DNA of 64,000 bases from Geomesophilobacter sediminis. Lineage in GTDB: Bacteria > Desulfobacterota > Desulfuromonadia > Geobacterales > Geobacteraceae. Shown piece by piece: positions 17,978 to 25,918 of this stretch; the first letter of the stretch is position 1, and every line of letters starts with the position of its first letter. The notes below the pieces were generated by a model. That model was not told where the DNA came from, ran no database searches, and worked only from the letters and a program-made list of their open reading frames with translations. The translations under genes were made by a program, and so were the position numbers. The DNA lies in NCBI RefSeq assembly GCF_016458275.1, contig NZ_JAEMHM010000002.1, positions 1 to 64,000 on the forward strand, in the 5' to 3' direction.

Positions 17978-18931
17978 ATGAACTGGAAATGGTTGTTGGT
18001 TTTGGTCGCATTCTTTCTCAACGGTTGCATCCACGTATCGGTGATTCCGCCGGTGGCGCCGTTCCAGGAGAAGGTGCTGGAAGGGGAGGGGACGCCGAAG
18101 ATCCTGCTCCTCGACGTCTCGGGAACGATTTCGGAGAAAAAGCGCGGAACCTCCTTTAGGGAGCGCCCCTCCATGGTCGGCGAGATCAAGGAGGCGCTCA
18201 AGAAAGCGGAGGATGACCCGGACGTCGTCGCGGTCCTGGTGCGCATCAACTCGCCGGGGGGAACGGTCACCGGCAGCGACATCATCTACCATGAGCTGAT
18301 GGCCTTCAAAAAGCGCAAGAAGGTCCCGGTGCATGCGGCGATCGTCGGGCTGGGGACTTCGGGCGGCTATTACGTCGCCAGCGCCGCGGACCGCATCACG
18401 GCCCACAAGACCGCGATCACCGGGAGCATCGGGGTCATCTTCCTGCACTTCGAGGTGGATGGTTTGATGAACAAGCTGGGGGTCGTGGAATGGAGCGCCA
18501 AGTCCGGCGACAAAAAGGACATGATGACGCCGTTTCGTGCCGCGACGCCCGAGGAGAAGCAGATCGCCATGGGGGTGATCGACGGGCTGTACGGAAGGTT
18601 TCTCGAGGTCGTCCTGGCTCGCCCCGGGAACACGCTGGACCGCAAGGCGCTGACGACCTTGGCCGACGGCCGGGTCTACACCGCGGACCAAGCCTTGGCG
18701 GCGCATCTGATCGACGGGGTCTGTTATCTGGACGAGGCCCTGGACGACCTGAAGATGGCCGCCAAGGTGAAGCAGGCGCGGGTGGTGAGTTACTATCGGG
18801 CCGGCAACTACCAGGGGAGCATCTACGCCGATGCCGAGGCGAGCGCGCAGATGGTGGGACCCTTTTCCCTCGGGCCGGACGTCATGGAGCTTTTACCGGA
18901 TCTCGGCTTTGCCTATCTTTGGAAGCCATAG
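17978..18931 (+). CDS. sppA: Signal peptide peptidase SppA (S49 family, 36K type)
   Basis: GGAGGAGG RBS; conserved S49 segments (VRINSPGGTVTGSD, GLGTSGGYYVASAADRI, GSIGV). Confidence 0.85.
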   Translation: MNWKWLLVLVAFFLNGCIHVSVIPPVAPFQEKVLEGEGTPKILLLDVSGTISEKKRGTSFRERPSMVGEIKEALKKAEDDPDVVAVLVRINSPGGTVTGSDIIYHELMAFKKRKKVPVHAAIVGLGTSGGYYVASAADRITAHKTAITGSIGVIFLHFEVDGLMNKLGVVEWSAKSGDKKDMMTPFRAATPEEKQIAMGVIDGLYGRFLEVVLARPGNTLDRKALTTLADGRVYTADQALAAHLIDGVCYLDEALDDLKMAAKVKQARVVSYYRAGNYQGSIYADAEASAQMVGPFSLGPDVMELLPDLGFAYLWKP

Positions 18932-19169
18932 GTTTTGATTGTTTAAGCGCACCGCAGAGGACGCGGCGGGACGCAGAGGAAAATCTATTTACCGGAAGCT
19001 GAAGTCGCGTTTTGCCAAAGCTGATTTGACTGACGATTTGGCCCTTCATCTGAGTAAAGGGGGGACTGACAGCTTTTCTCTGCGCGCCTTAGCGACCTCT
19101 GCGGTGTGCTTGTTTGCGTATTCATTTTCAAATCGATGCATTCGGCCGATTGGCCTCGGGAGGGTGGTT

Positions 19170-20651
19170 TTGAAGTCTTTGTTTTATCTGGCAGTCCTGG
19201 TTTTCCTTTCTCTGTTCACTCTTTCCGGTTGTGGTTCTTCCGGCGGCTCTGCCAGCAGCGCTGACCTCCCCAACTTCAACGACATCACCTCCGCTCCGGC
19301 GGCAATCCAGCAGGCCGCGAAAGCGGTGGTACGAGTTCAGGTTGCCGGCGGCGCCGCCTCTGGCTCGTTCATAAGCTCGACCGGGCTCATGCTGACCAAC
19401 AACCACGTGCTCGGCAACGAGGTCTGCCCGACCGAGGGGTGCTACGTCGAGCTCACCTTCGACTGGCAGGCGGGCAGTCCCTATTCCTCTCCCCGCATCT
19501 ACTACGCAGTTCCCAAGGCGGTGGACGCCGGGCTGGATATGGCGGTGGTGCAGATCTACCAGTACCGAAACGGGCCAATGATCCAGACGCCGAACTATCT
19601 TTCCTTGGAGACGCAGACCCCCGCTTCGCTGCTGAAGACCCATGTCACCATCGTGGGGCACCCTGAGGGGTACCTGAAGAAATGGACCGACGGAACGGTG
19701 GTCGATATCGACGGCGATTGGATCCGAAGCTCCACCTATATCCTCCCCGGCGACTCCGGCTCTCCCATCCTCAACGACGCCGGCCACATCGTCGGGCTGG
19801 TGCATCGCGGTTCGGCCTCGGAGGACGTCTTCACCCTCACCGGCGCCAGCGTCTACTCGGTCGGAACGGCTTCTGCCCCGCTTATTGCGGCGTTGAACGC
19901 CCCGCTTCCCTCGACGATGCTGTCCGTCTCAGCACCGACCACCACGCAAAAGTTTCTCGACAACGATCTTGTCTACCTCAATGCTCACGTCACCACCGTC
20001 ACGGTGGATGGAACCTCGCAGAGCCCGCTCACCGTCCTCGCCCAGGCCTGTGACAGCGCTCTGGCCCGCAACGACTTTCTCTCCCCGGAGGACCTCAGTG
20101 CGGCCCTCCAGCCCTGCCATCACGCCCAGGCCTGGATCGATTGCCGCTCCGATATCGGCCAGGGACAGGCGGGGGTTATGTGCCCGCCAGCTTCGGAAAC
20201 TGCCGCCTGGGTGAACCGGTTCAACAAGATGAACCAGGCACAAATTGCGATGAACGGCGCGATGGACCTCTATTCGGTGTCCGGGGCCATTGCCCAGCTG
20301 CAGTCTACCAAGGCGCAGGGCTACACTGCCGGGGCTCAGGCCCTGGCGCAGGCGGTGTCGCAGACTAAGCCCGTGCTCGATTTCCAGGTGGCCTCCTACC
20401 TGGCCGAATTCAACATCATGGGCTACGGCGGGCAATCCGTTGCCGATTACGTTGCCAACTACAGCGGCGATCCGGTTTATGCGATCGAAGGGGTGTACGT
20501 CGCCGATGCGGAGCTGTGGCTCAACTCTAAAGGGGCGGTCTCGGCCCAGGGTCTGGCGTCCTTTTTGTCCCGGCTGCACGACGACCCCAACTCGACGGTA
20601 GGAACCAAGCTCTTCATCGAAAACTACCAGCATGCCATGGGGGTACGGTAG
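19170..20651 (+). CDS. Trypsin-like (S1) serine protease lipoprotein with C-terminal extension
   Basis: TTG start 7 nt after GGGAGG; LSLFTLSGCGSS lipobox; catalytic His (TNNHVL) and Ser (GDSGSPI) motifs. Upstream part of the ORF-track ORF (from 18939) is non-coding-like. Confidence 0.7.
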   Translation: MKSLFYLAVLVFLSLFTLSGCGSSGGSASSADLPNFNDITSAPAAIQQAAKAVVRVQVAGGAASGSFISSTGLMLTNNHVLGNEVCPTEGCYVELTFDWQAGSPYSSPRIYYAVPKAVDAGLDMAVVQIYQYRNGPMIQTPNYLSLETQTPASLLKTHVTIVGHPEGYLKKWTDGTVVDIDGDWIRSSTYILPGDSGSPILNDAGHIVGLVHRGSASEDVFTLTGASVYSVGTASAPLIAALNAPLPSTMLSVSAPTTTQKFLDNDLVYLNAHVTTVTVDGTSQSPLTVLAQACDSALARNDFLSPEDLSAALQPCHHAQAWIDCRSDIGQGQAGVMCPPASETAAWVNRFNKMNQAQIAMNGAMDLYSVSGAIAQLQSTKAQGYTAGAQALAQAVSQTKPVLDFQVASYLAEFNIMGYGGQSVADYVANYSGDPVYAIEGVYVADAELWLNSKGAVSAQGLASFLSRLHDDPNSTVGTKLFIENYQHAMGVR

Positions 20652-20797
20652 CTAACGGCTCCGACCCGGCTTTCTCTGCGGTTTGGTGCGCGCCTTGGGG
20701 TAATTCGCGCCGCGCCAGGAACGGCGCCTGGCGCCCCCGCAGGGGAAGCTGCAGGTCCGCCCCGCAAGTTGCAGAAATTCGGGTTCGTCTTGGAGAT

Positions 20798-20840
20798 AAA
20801 AAAAGAGGCGCTTGGGAAATCCCAGGCGCCTCTTTCTTTT
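20798..20840. terminator. Bidirectional rho-independent terminator
   Basis: aaaaaaagaggcgcttgggaaatcccaggcgcctctttctttt between convergent genes. Confidence 0.65.
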
Positions 20841-20866
20841 ACTGCTGCATGTAAGACCGGTCGCGC

Positions 20867-21016
20867 TCACTCCGCGTAGGTATCGGAGTGGCCGGTGTTC
20901 AGGTACTGCATCACGTCCAAAAGGTTGATCAGCCGTCGGAAGATGAGGTTCTTCTCGGCGATGTCATCGGTCTCGGCGAGCTTTTCCCGCAGTTCCCGGT
21001 ACTGGTCGTTCGCCAT
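20867..21016 (-). CDS. Small hypothetical protein (49 aa from MANDQYRELREKLAETDD...)
   Basis: Short ORF with helical composition downstream of another small ORF on the same strand. Confidence 0.35.
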   Translation of the reverse strand: MANDQYRELREKLAETDDIAEKNLIFRRLINLLDVMQYLNTGHSDTYAE

Positions 21017-21065
21017 ATGGACTGCTCTTCTGCGTGCCGGATTGCGGTGCTTCGGCATCTTAGGG

Positions 21066-21254
21066 TCACGGGGCCCCACAGCCGCACCCCTCGAATTCGG
21101 CCCTGCCGGTGTTGCGCTCGAGGTCGCTGTACTCTTTCCGGCGCGCGCCGCAGGAATAAGCGATCTCGGTGGTGGTTACGTAGCGGGTCTTTCTCTTGAT
21201 CGTGTACGATACTGCTTCGCTGTTACAGTCAACGCAATGCTGGTGCTTCTTCAT
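21066..21254 (-). CDS. Small Cys-containing (zinc-ribbon-like) protein, 62 aa
   Basis: GGAGCAGAAGG RBS; MKKHQHCVDCNSEAV...YSCGARRKEY Cys pairs. Confidence 0.35.
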   Translation of the reverse strand: MKKHQHCVDCNSEAVSYTIKRKTRYVTTTEIAYSCGARRKEYSDLERNTGRAEFEGCGCGAP

Positions 21255-21385
21255 GATTCTTTACCTTCTGCTCCTTCTCTCTGATGATGAATCTTTGATG
21301 CGATGTTATAGCATCCCCAGATGACAGCCGGTGGGCGGGGACGTTACCATTGTGAAACGTGTCGTGGGGAACTGGTTTCCTGAGA

Positions 21386-21835
21386 TCAGCCGCAGCAGCC
21401 GGTCGGCTCCGCCTCCGCCTCGGCGTTGGCGTCGGCGTTGCAGCTTTCCACTGCTTCCCGCAGCCAGGCGATCTCCCCCGGGTTGAACTGTTTGGAGTAT
21501 TCAGTCCCTACATTCAAGGCCCAGTACAAGGAGTCGGTCGTGGTGAGGGCCAGAAGATGCCCCGCCACCTCGACGTACGGCACCTCTTCCTCGGCGGGGA
21601 CCCACTCCCGCAACCGCTCGAAGGAGCTGAACAGCATGAGGTAATCCTTGCCGTCGGATTCGGTGATCAGGGGAAGGATTTCTCGGGGGCGGTCTTCGGT
21701 ATCGCTCCCCTGCGGGTTGGCTAGGACCGGAACGAAAAAGGTGGAGTTGAGGAAAAGATCGTAGAACGCCGAAGCCTTCCGGCCGTCGGTCAGGTTCTGG
21801 CGCATGCCGTCCAGCGCCTCGTCAAGTTTGCTCAT
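21386..21835 (-). CDS. SseB-family-like protein (hypothetical)
   Basis: 149-aa ORF resembling the SseB-family fold (..STFFVPV....DGKDYLMLFSS.ERL..W..). Confidence 0.55.
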   Translation of the reverse strand: MSKLDEALDGMRQNLTDGRKASAFYDLFLNSTFFVPVLANPQGSDTEDRPREILPLITESDGKDYLMLFSSFERLREWVPAEEEVPYVEVAGHLLALTTTDSLYWALNVGTEYSKQFNPGEIAWLREAVESCNADANAEAEAEPTGCCG

Positions 21836-21983
21836 TCAATGCCCTTTGTGTGTGGTGCCGCGGTCGCGGCCAAAAACTGCAGGATACAATAACCTTCCCG
21901 CTCATTACAAGCCAATACGACAGGGACCTTGGAAAAAAGGTCCTTCGGGCACAGCGGCAGGGGGGCGCGTTTCCAATAGAAAA

Positions 21984-22012
21984 GGGGGGGACGGATGCTC
22001 GCCGTCCCCCCC
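21984..22012. terminator. Perfect G/C hairpin (gggggggacgg-atgctcg-ccgtccccccc) with flanking A/T runs, downstream of the minus-strand DUF2750 gene
   Basis: Sequence inspection. Confidence 0.55.
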
Positions 22013-22049
22013 TCTTTGTGCGCTCCGGATGCCGGGTTTGCTCAACTGG

Positions 22050-22412
22050 CTAACCGGCTTTCCTGATGTCATGTGCATCCAGGAACTCGTCCAGCGACAG
22101 TACCAGCGCCTGCGCCGAGTTGCCGTCCATGTTGATCAAAAGTTCGTTGATGCCGAGCATCTTGTCCGAAAGATAGATGTTGATGAATAGGTCCAGCCCG
22201 ATAGGATGCGGTTCCAGCTCGCCGTCGAGGAGCTGCGTATTTTTTAAAAATTCCACCGCCCGTTCTTTGGCCGACCAAACCGGCAGGGAGAATCCGGCCT
22301 GGTCCAGCTCCATGGCATAGATGTTCTCGTTTCTCCCCTTAACCACCCAAACCTGCCTGTTCGCCTGTACCTCTTGGCTGAATATGATCTGACCGATGAA
22401 GTCGATATTCAT
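22050..22412 (-). CDS. DUF2750-like hypothetical protein
   Basis: 120-aa ORF (MNIDFIGQIIFSQEVQANRQVWVVKGRNENIYAMELDQAGFSLPVWSAKERAVEFL). Confidence 0.55.
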   Translation of the reverse strand: MNIDFIGQIIFSQEVQANRQVWVVKGRNENIYAMELDQAGFSLPVWSAKERAVEFLKNTQLLDGELEPHPIGLDLFINIYLSDKMLGINELLINMDGNSAQALVLSLDEFLDAHDIRKAG

Positions 22413-22647
22413 GTCTTTGATCTCCTAGAACCGGCATTTCCGGTCGCCTCTAAGGGATCATTATATAGATCTAATAAAATTCCGAGAACCCCCTTTGTAT
22501 GCCCCCGGCTCGCAGCACCAACCGGTGGCCGACCCAAGTCAGGGCTGCCCAGGTCAGGAGGTGGACCCGTGCTGAAACGCCCTGAGTATCTTGCTGCGGG
22601 CCGGCTTGTTTTCAGGGGCGAAAAGCTGGATCGCCTTGCGGCCTTTC

Positions 22648-22966
22648 TGTGGATAAATTCCCTACAGCGGTAACAGAAATGGGACCGACAGTAACGAAAA
22701 GAGTTATTGATGTTAATGTTTGTGGTAATTAATCTTTGTGGGAGTTTGAAAGTATCCACTGTGCCTGTGGATAATTTGGCTATGCCTGTGGATATTTCAC
22801 AAGAATGCAACGATTTTCTGCGCATTTTAGCATCTTGCACAAGGATTAGGCGCATGGCTTAAGTGGTTGATATTGCGTGTCAAGAACCAAAAGTTTGCTA
22901 CCCGGCTTTTCCCATTTATCCGCAGTATCGCGGAAGAGACGGTAAACTGCGACGCTGAGTGGATAA
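22648..22966. promoter_or_regulatory. Cluster of DnaA-box-like 9-mers in an AT-rich ORF-free region: TGTGGATAA perfect at 22648-22656 and 22766-22774; TGTGGATAT at 22787-22795; TATCCACTG at 22752-22760; TTATCCGCA at 22916-22924; AGTGGATAA at 22958-22966
   Basis: Direct match to TTATCCACA/TGTGGATAA consensus. An adjacent AT-rich stretch (gttattgatgttaatgtttgtggtaattaatctttgtg, ~22700-22745) and a 21-bp-spaced direct repeat tgcctgtggata at 22763 and 22784. Confidence 0.5.
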
Positions 22967-23327
22967 GTGGGGGAATGGTACAACGCTAACTGCCTGGGAA
23001 TATTAGTGAATGTGTGCAAGCCTTAACGTAACGAGTGAGGGGGCTGCCCCTGTTTTAAAGCGGCTAAGTTGCCGAAATAATGGGTTAAAAAACGGGTGTT
23101 GTGGAGCACGGGAGACGGAAGTTTGACGTTTATGGTGTCCGGTCATTTCGCTGGGTTTTCCCTTTTCGTAGTGAGTTCGCACCGTTTGCGCGTAAGCGGG
23201 AAGAAACCCGGTGGGTTGCTTGCTTGGCTAACTGTCAGATAACACGAGTGTTTTGGCTAAAACAAACAGCAGGTTCTCTATCTCGTTGATTCTTTTTTGT
23301 TGATTTATCATTAGCCGTGTCACAATC

Positions 23328-23355
23328 TGTGATTTTCCTGTGACATTGGATTCCT
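23328..23355. promoter_or_regulatory. Inverted repeat TGTCACA-N14-TGTGACA (with nested TCACAatcTGTGA palindrome) just upstream of the PE-rich protein gene; candidate operator
   Basis: Sequence inspection. Related CTGTNACAG motifs occur at 8407 (GTCTGTGACAGAC), 8718 and twice at ~38013 and ~38034. Confidence 0.35.
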
Positions 23356-23466
23356 TGACCGGCGCGGTCGGAAAAATAGATGGTATTGCAGCGGGAAAAA
23401 GTACATATTGTTGCAAGACGGTTCGACCGTCACGAAATGCGCACCTTGAGTCGAGGTTTCCCCGTA

Positions 23467-24999
23467 ATGAGCAAGATCACCTGCCCGGACGACGCAACGA
23501 AGGTCGGCACGACACTTGATCGCCAAGATACCAAAGCAGGTCCCACCGCGGACCCGTTCGTGAAGGACAACGCCCAGCTTCTGGACTACTTGAGCGCGAT
23601 CCTCACCTCGCCCCAGCCCAAAATCAACCTGAACGACATCCCTTTCGACTACACCCCCGAAGAAACCACCCCGACCGGCAATCCCATTGTCGATGGCGTC
23701 ATCCACTTCGGTTCCCAGCAGACCCGCAGCGACAACCGGCGCCTGAAGGCGGAAAACGACGCCTTGAAGATGAAGGTCGCCCGTCTGACCGCCCAGCTCA
23801 ACGAGGCGGAGTGCACCCTCGATGCGGTGCTCTCTGAAAACGACGAGCTCAAGGTGATCGTCGCCCGGCTGCAGAGCCAGCTCGAAGCGCCCAGGGCGAT
23901 CCGGCACGCCGAGCGTGAGGTGGTGGTGCCGGCGGTTGCCGAGGAAATCGTCGAACTCGTGCCGGAAGCCGCTGCCGGGCCGATCGAACCGGTTCTCGAG
24001 GCGGCGGTACCCGCGCCGGAGGCGGTGGCCCTGGAAGAGCCGCTCGAACTGGTCGAGGAAGCTCCGGAGGCTGGGGAGGAGGTGCTGGAGCCCGACGCGG
24101 AGGAGCTTTTCCCGGAAACCTTCACGGTCGCCGAACTGATGCCCAAACTGATGCCCGAACCGGTGCCCGAGCCGGCCCGAGAGCCGGACCTTGCCGCCGA
24201 ACCAGCCCCGGCAGCCGGGGCTTTTGCCTTGGCTGCGGAAGTTCCAGAGCCGATCGTTGCCGTCGCTTCCGAGACCGTGCCGGAGTCGGGGGGGGATTTC
24301 TTTGCCCCCGGTGCGGCCCTGGCCGGGGCGCATTTCCGCTTCGAGAACCCGCCCACGGAGACGGAACCTGGAGATACCCGGCAAACCGCTGCCATCCACA
24401 TCGGGGGTGAGCCGATAGCCGCCGCCCCGATCTCGGTGCCGTTGCCCCCGGAAGCCGACGCGCGCCCGGCGGTCGAAGTAAAGATCGTAGCGGAAGCTCC
24501 GGCGCCGCGGGTACTGGTCCCCCCGCCGCCCCAGCCGGAACCAACGCCCGAACTGAAAGCAGAACCCAAACCCGAGCGCAAGCCCGAACCCAAACCGGAG
24601 CTCAAGCCAAAAGAGCCGGCTCCCCGACCGGCGCCCAAGCTGGTGGCCCCGATTCCACCCCGCCCCAAAAACCCCCGCGTGATCCGCATCGAGGATGCCC
24701 CGCCGGCGGAACCGGGTGCCAAGCCCGCCGCTCCCAAGCCGGTGTTCCAGCCTTTCATCGAGGAAAAGCCCGCTCCTGCGCCGGAAGAGGCCACGCCGGA
24801 ACCGGTGGTCCAGCCTGCAGCGACCGAGCCGGAGCCCCCGAGCCTCCAACTTCCCGACGGTGGCGAGGAGCCGGATATCGAGCCGGCACCGGTGACCAAG
24901 GTGGTCGCCAAAAAGCACATCGACAATTACCGGCAGATCCAGCAGGAAGCCGAAGCGGGTGAAGCCGGCGCCTCGCATGACATCATCGGTAAAGCATGA
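23467..24999 (+). CDS. Low-complexity Pro/Glu/Ala-rich protein with N-terminal globular and coiled-coil segment (hypothetical); start uncertain (ORF track starts at 23380)
   Basis: High GC3 in this frame. The N-terminal ~150 aa are non-repetitive with a coiled coil (RRLKAENDALKMKVARLTAQLNEAECTLDAVLSENDELKVIVARLQSQLEA). Competing antisense ORFs are Gly/Ser/Arg-rich artefacts. Confidence 0.5.
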   Translation: MSKITCPDDATKVGTTLDRQDTKAGPTADPFVKDNAQLLDYLSAILTSPQPKINLNDIPFDYTPEETTPTGNPIVDGVIHFGSQQTRSDNRRLKAENDALKMKVARLTAQLNEAECTLDAVLSENDELKVIVARLQSQLEAPRAIRHAEREVVVPAVAEEIVELVPEAAAGPIEPVLEAAVPAPEAVALEEPLELVEEAPEAGEEVLEPDAEELFPETFTVAELMPKLMPEPVPEPAREPDLAAEPAPAAGAFALAAEVPEPIVAVASETVPESGGDFFAPGAALAGAHFRFENPPTETEPGDTRQTAAIHIGGEPIAAAPISVPLPPEADARPAVEVKIVAEAPAPRVLVPPPPQPEPTPELKAEPKPERKPEPKPELKPKEPAPRPAPKLVAPIPPRPKNPRVIRIEDAPPAEPGAKPAAPKPVFQPFIEEKPAPAPEEATPEPVVQPAATEPEPPSLQLPDGGEEPDIEPAPVTKVVAKKHIDNYRQIQQEAEAGEAGASHDIIGKA

Positions 25000-25160
25000 T
25001 GGCATTGCGCGCCAAATCGTCTGCTTGAGCTTCCTGCCAATGTCATGACCCGGTTCTCCTTGTGAGTGCTCCCGTGACGCCACACTGTTGATATTGAGCA
25101 TTAGTAAATGCTAAAATGATGGCGTGGGAGTCTAAATCCAACACAAGGAGGCACGTAGCC

Positions 25161-25649
25161 ATGTTGGAAAAAGAAAGGGACGTTCAGAAAAGATCGGACC
25201 AGCCGCTGGATCAGTGGCGTAGGCAGTCGCCCTTTGCCGAAATGGACCGTCTCTTTGACGAAGTCTTCAAGCGCCCGTTCTTCTCGTTGATGTCCACTCG
25301 TACCGGAGGCGCCACCGACCAACTCTACCTGCCGGTCGACATCTTCGAAGATGGGGAATCCATCGTGGTCAAGGCGGAAATCCCCGGTATCCGGAAGGAA
25401 GATATCGACGTGCAGTTGACCCCGGACAGCATCACCATTTCGGGGCACCGGGACAGTGAAGAAAAGGTGGAGCGGAAAAATTATCTCCGGCTCGAACGTT
25501 CGCACGGCAGCTTCACCCGGCGTTTCGACCTTCCGGTCGAGACCTTGGTTGACAAGGCCCGCGCTACGTTCAAGGACGGTATCCTGGAGGTCCGGATACC
25601 GAAGAGCGAACATGCTCAGGAACGGGTAAGAAAGGTGACCATCGACTAA
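25161..25649 (+). CDS. Hsp20/alpha-crystallin family small heat-shock protein
   Basis: AAGGAGG RBS; alpha-crystallin domain (PVDIFEDGESIVVKAEIPGIRKEDIDVQL...GILEVRIPK). Confidence 0.85.
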   Translation: MLEKERDVQKRSDQPLDQWRRQSPFAEMDRLFDEVFKRPFFSLMSTRTGGATDQLYLPVDIFEDGESIVVKAEIPGIRKEDIDVQLTPDSITISGHRDSEEKVERKNYLRLERSHGSFTRRFDLPVETLVDKARATFKDGILEVRIPKSEHAQERVRKVTID

Positions 25650-25675
25650 CGCTTCCACACTGGCGCTGAGTTGAA

Positions 25676-25708
25676 GGCCGCGGCGAAATATCGCCGCGGC
25701 CTTTTTTG
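25676..25708 (+). terminator. Rho-independent terminator after hsp20
   Basis: ggccgcggcgaaatatcgccgcggcc followed by ttttttg. Confidence 0.7.
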
Positions 25709-25735
25709 CATTTGAGGCAGCATCTCGCGGCAGCC

Positions 25736-25807
25736 GACCGGCCTGACCGGCCGACCGGCCTGATCGGTCGGATGGGTCGGATCGGTCGGATCGGTCGGAT
25801 GAGCCCC
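25736..25807. repeat. Eight tandem ~9-bp units (gaccggcc(t) x3 then gatcggtcg x4 with one variant) forming a long imperfect palindrome; shares the 14-mer CTGATCGGTCGGAT with the array at 54490-54548
   Basis: Direct reading; first half is near reverse complement of second half. Confidence 0.8.
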
Positions 25808-25918
25808 CCCTTCGGTGAAACTTCTCTCGTTGAAAACACTCTCATGATCTGCTATTGGTAGGCAGCTTTGATTGCTGCAGCCGGTGACGTGACGCGATTC
25901 CAAACTGAGGAGGGGGTC

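Noticed and set aside
22409-22855. 148-aa minus ORF in the AT-rich region whose stop abuts the DUF2750 start
   Set aside because: Composition is junk-like (CRSHFCYRCREFIHRKAARRSS..) and it spans the DnaA-box cluster. More likely non-coding regulatory DNA. Kept only as a remote possibility.
22440-23380. Searched the ORF-free AT-rich region for RNase P RNA, tmRNA or tRNA signatures
   Set aside because: No GGAAAGTCCGG/ACAGAA P4-type motifs, no tmRNA tag-reading-frame or tRNA-like T-arm (GGTTCGAATCC) found. No tRNA-like cloverleaf anywhere in the window by eye.
23376-23400. Possible sigma-54 promoter (TGG...TTGCAGC) upstream of the PE-rich gene
   Set aside because: Spacing between GG and GC elements does not fit the -24/-12 consensus.
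25736-25807. Considered CRISPR arrays for the several tandem repeat tracts (11497-11885, 25736-25807, 54490-54548)
   Set aside because: Units are contiguous without unique spacers and no cas genes are present. These are simple tandem or palindromic repeats.
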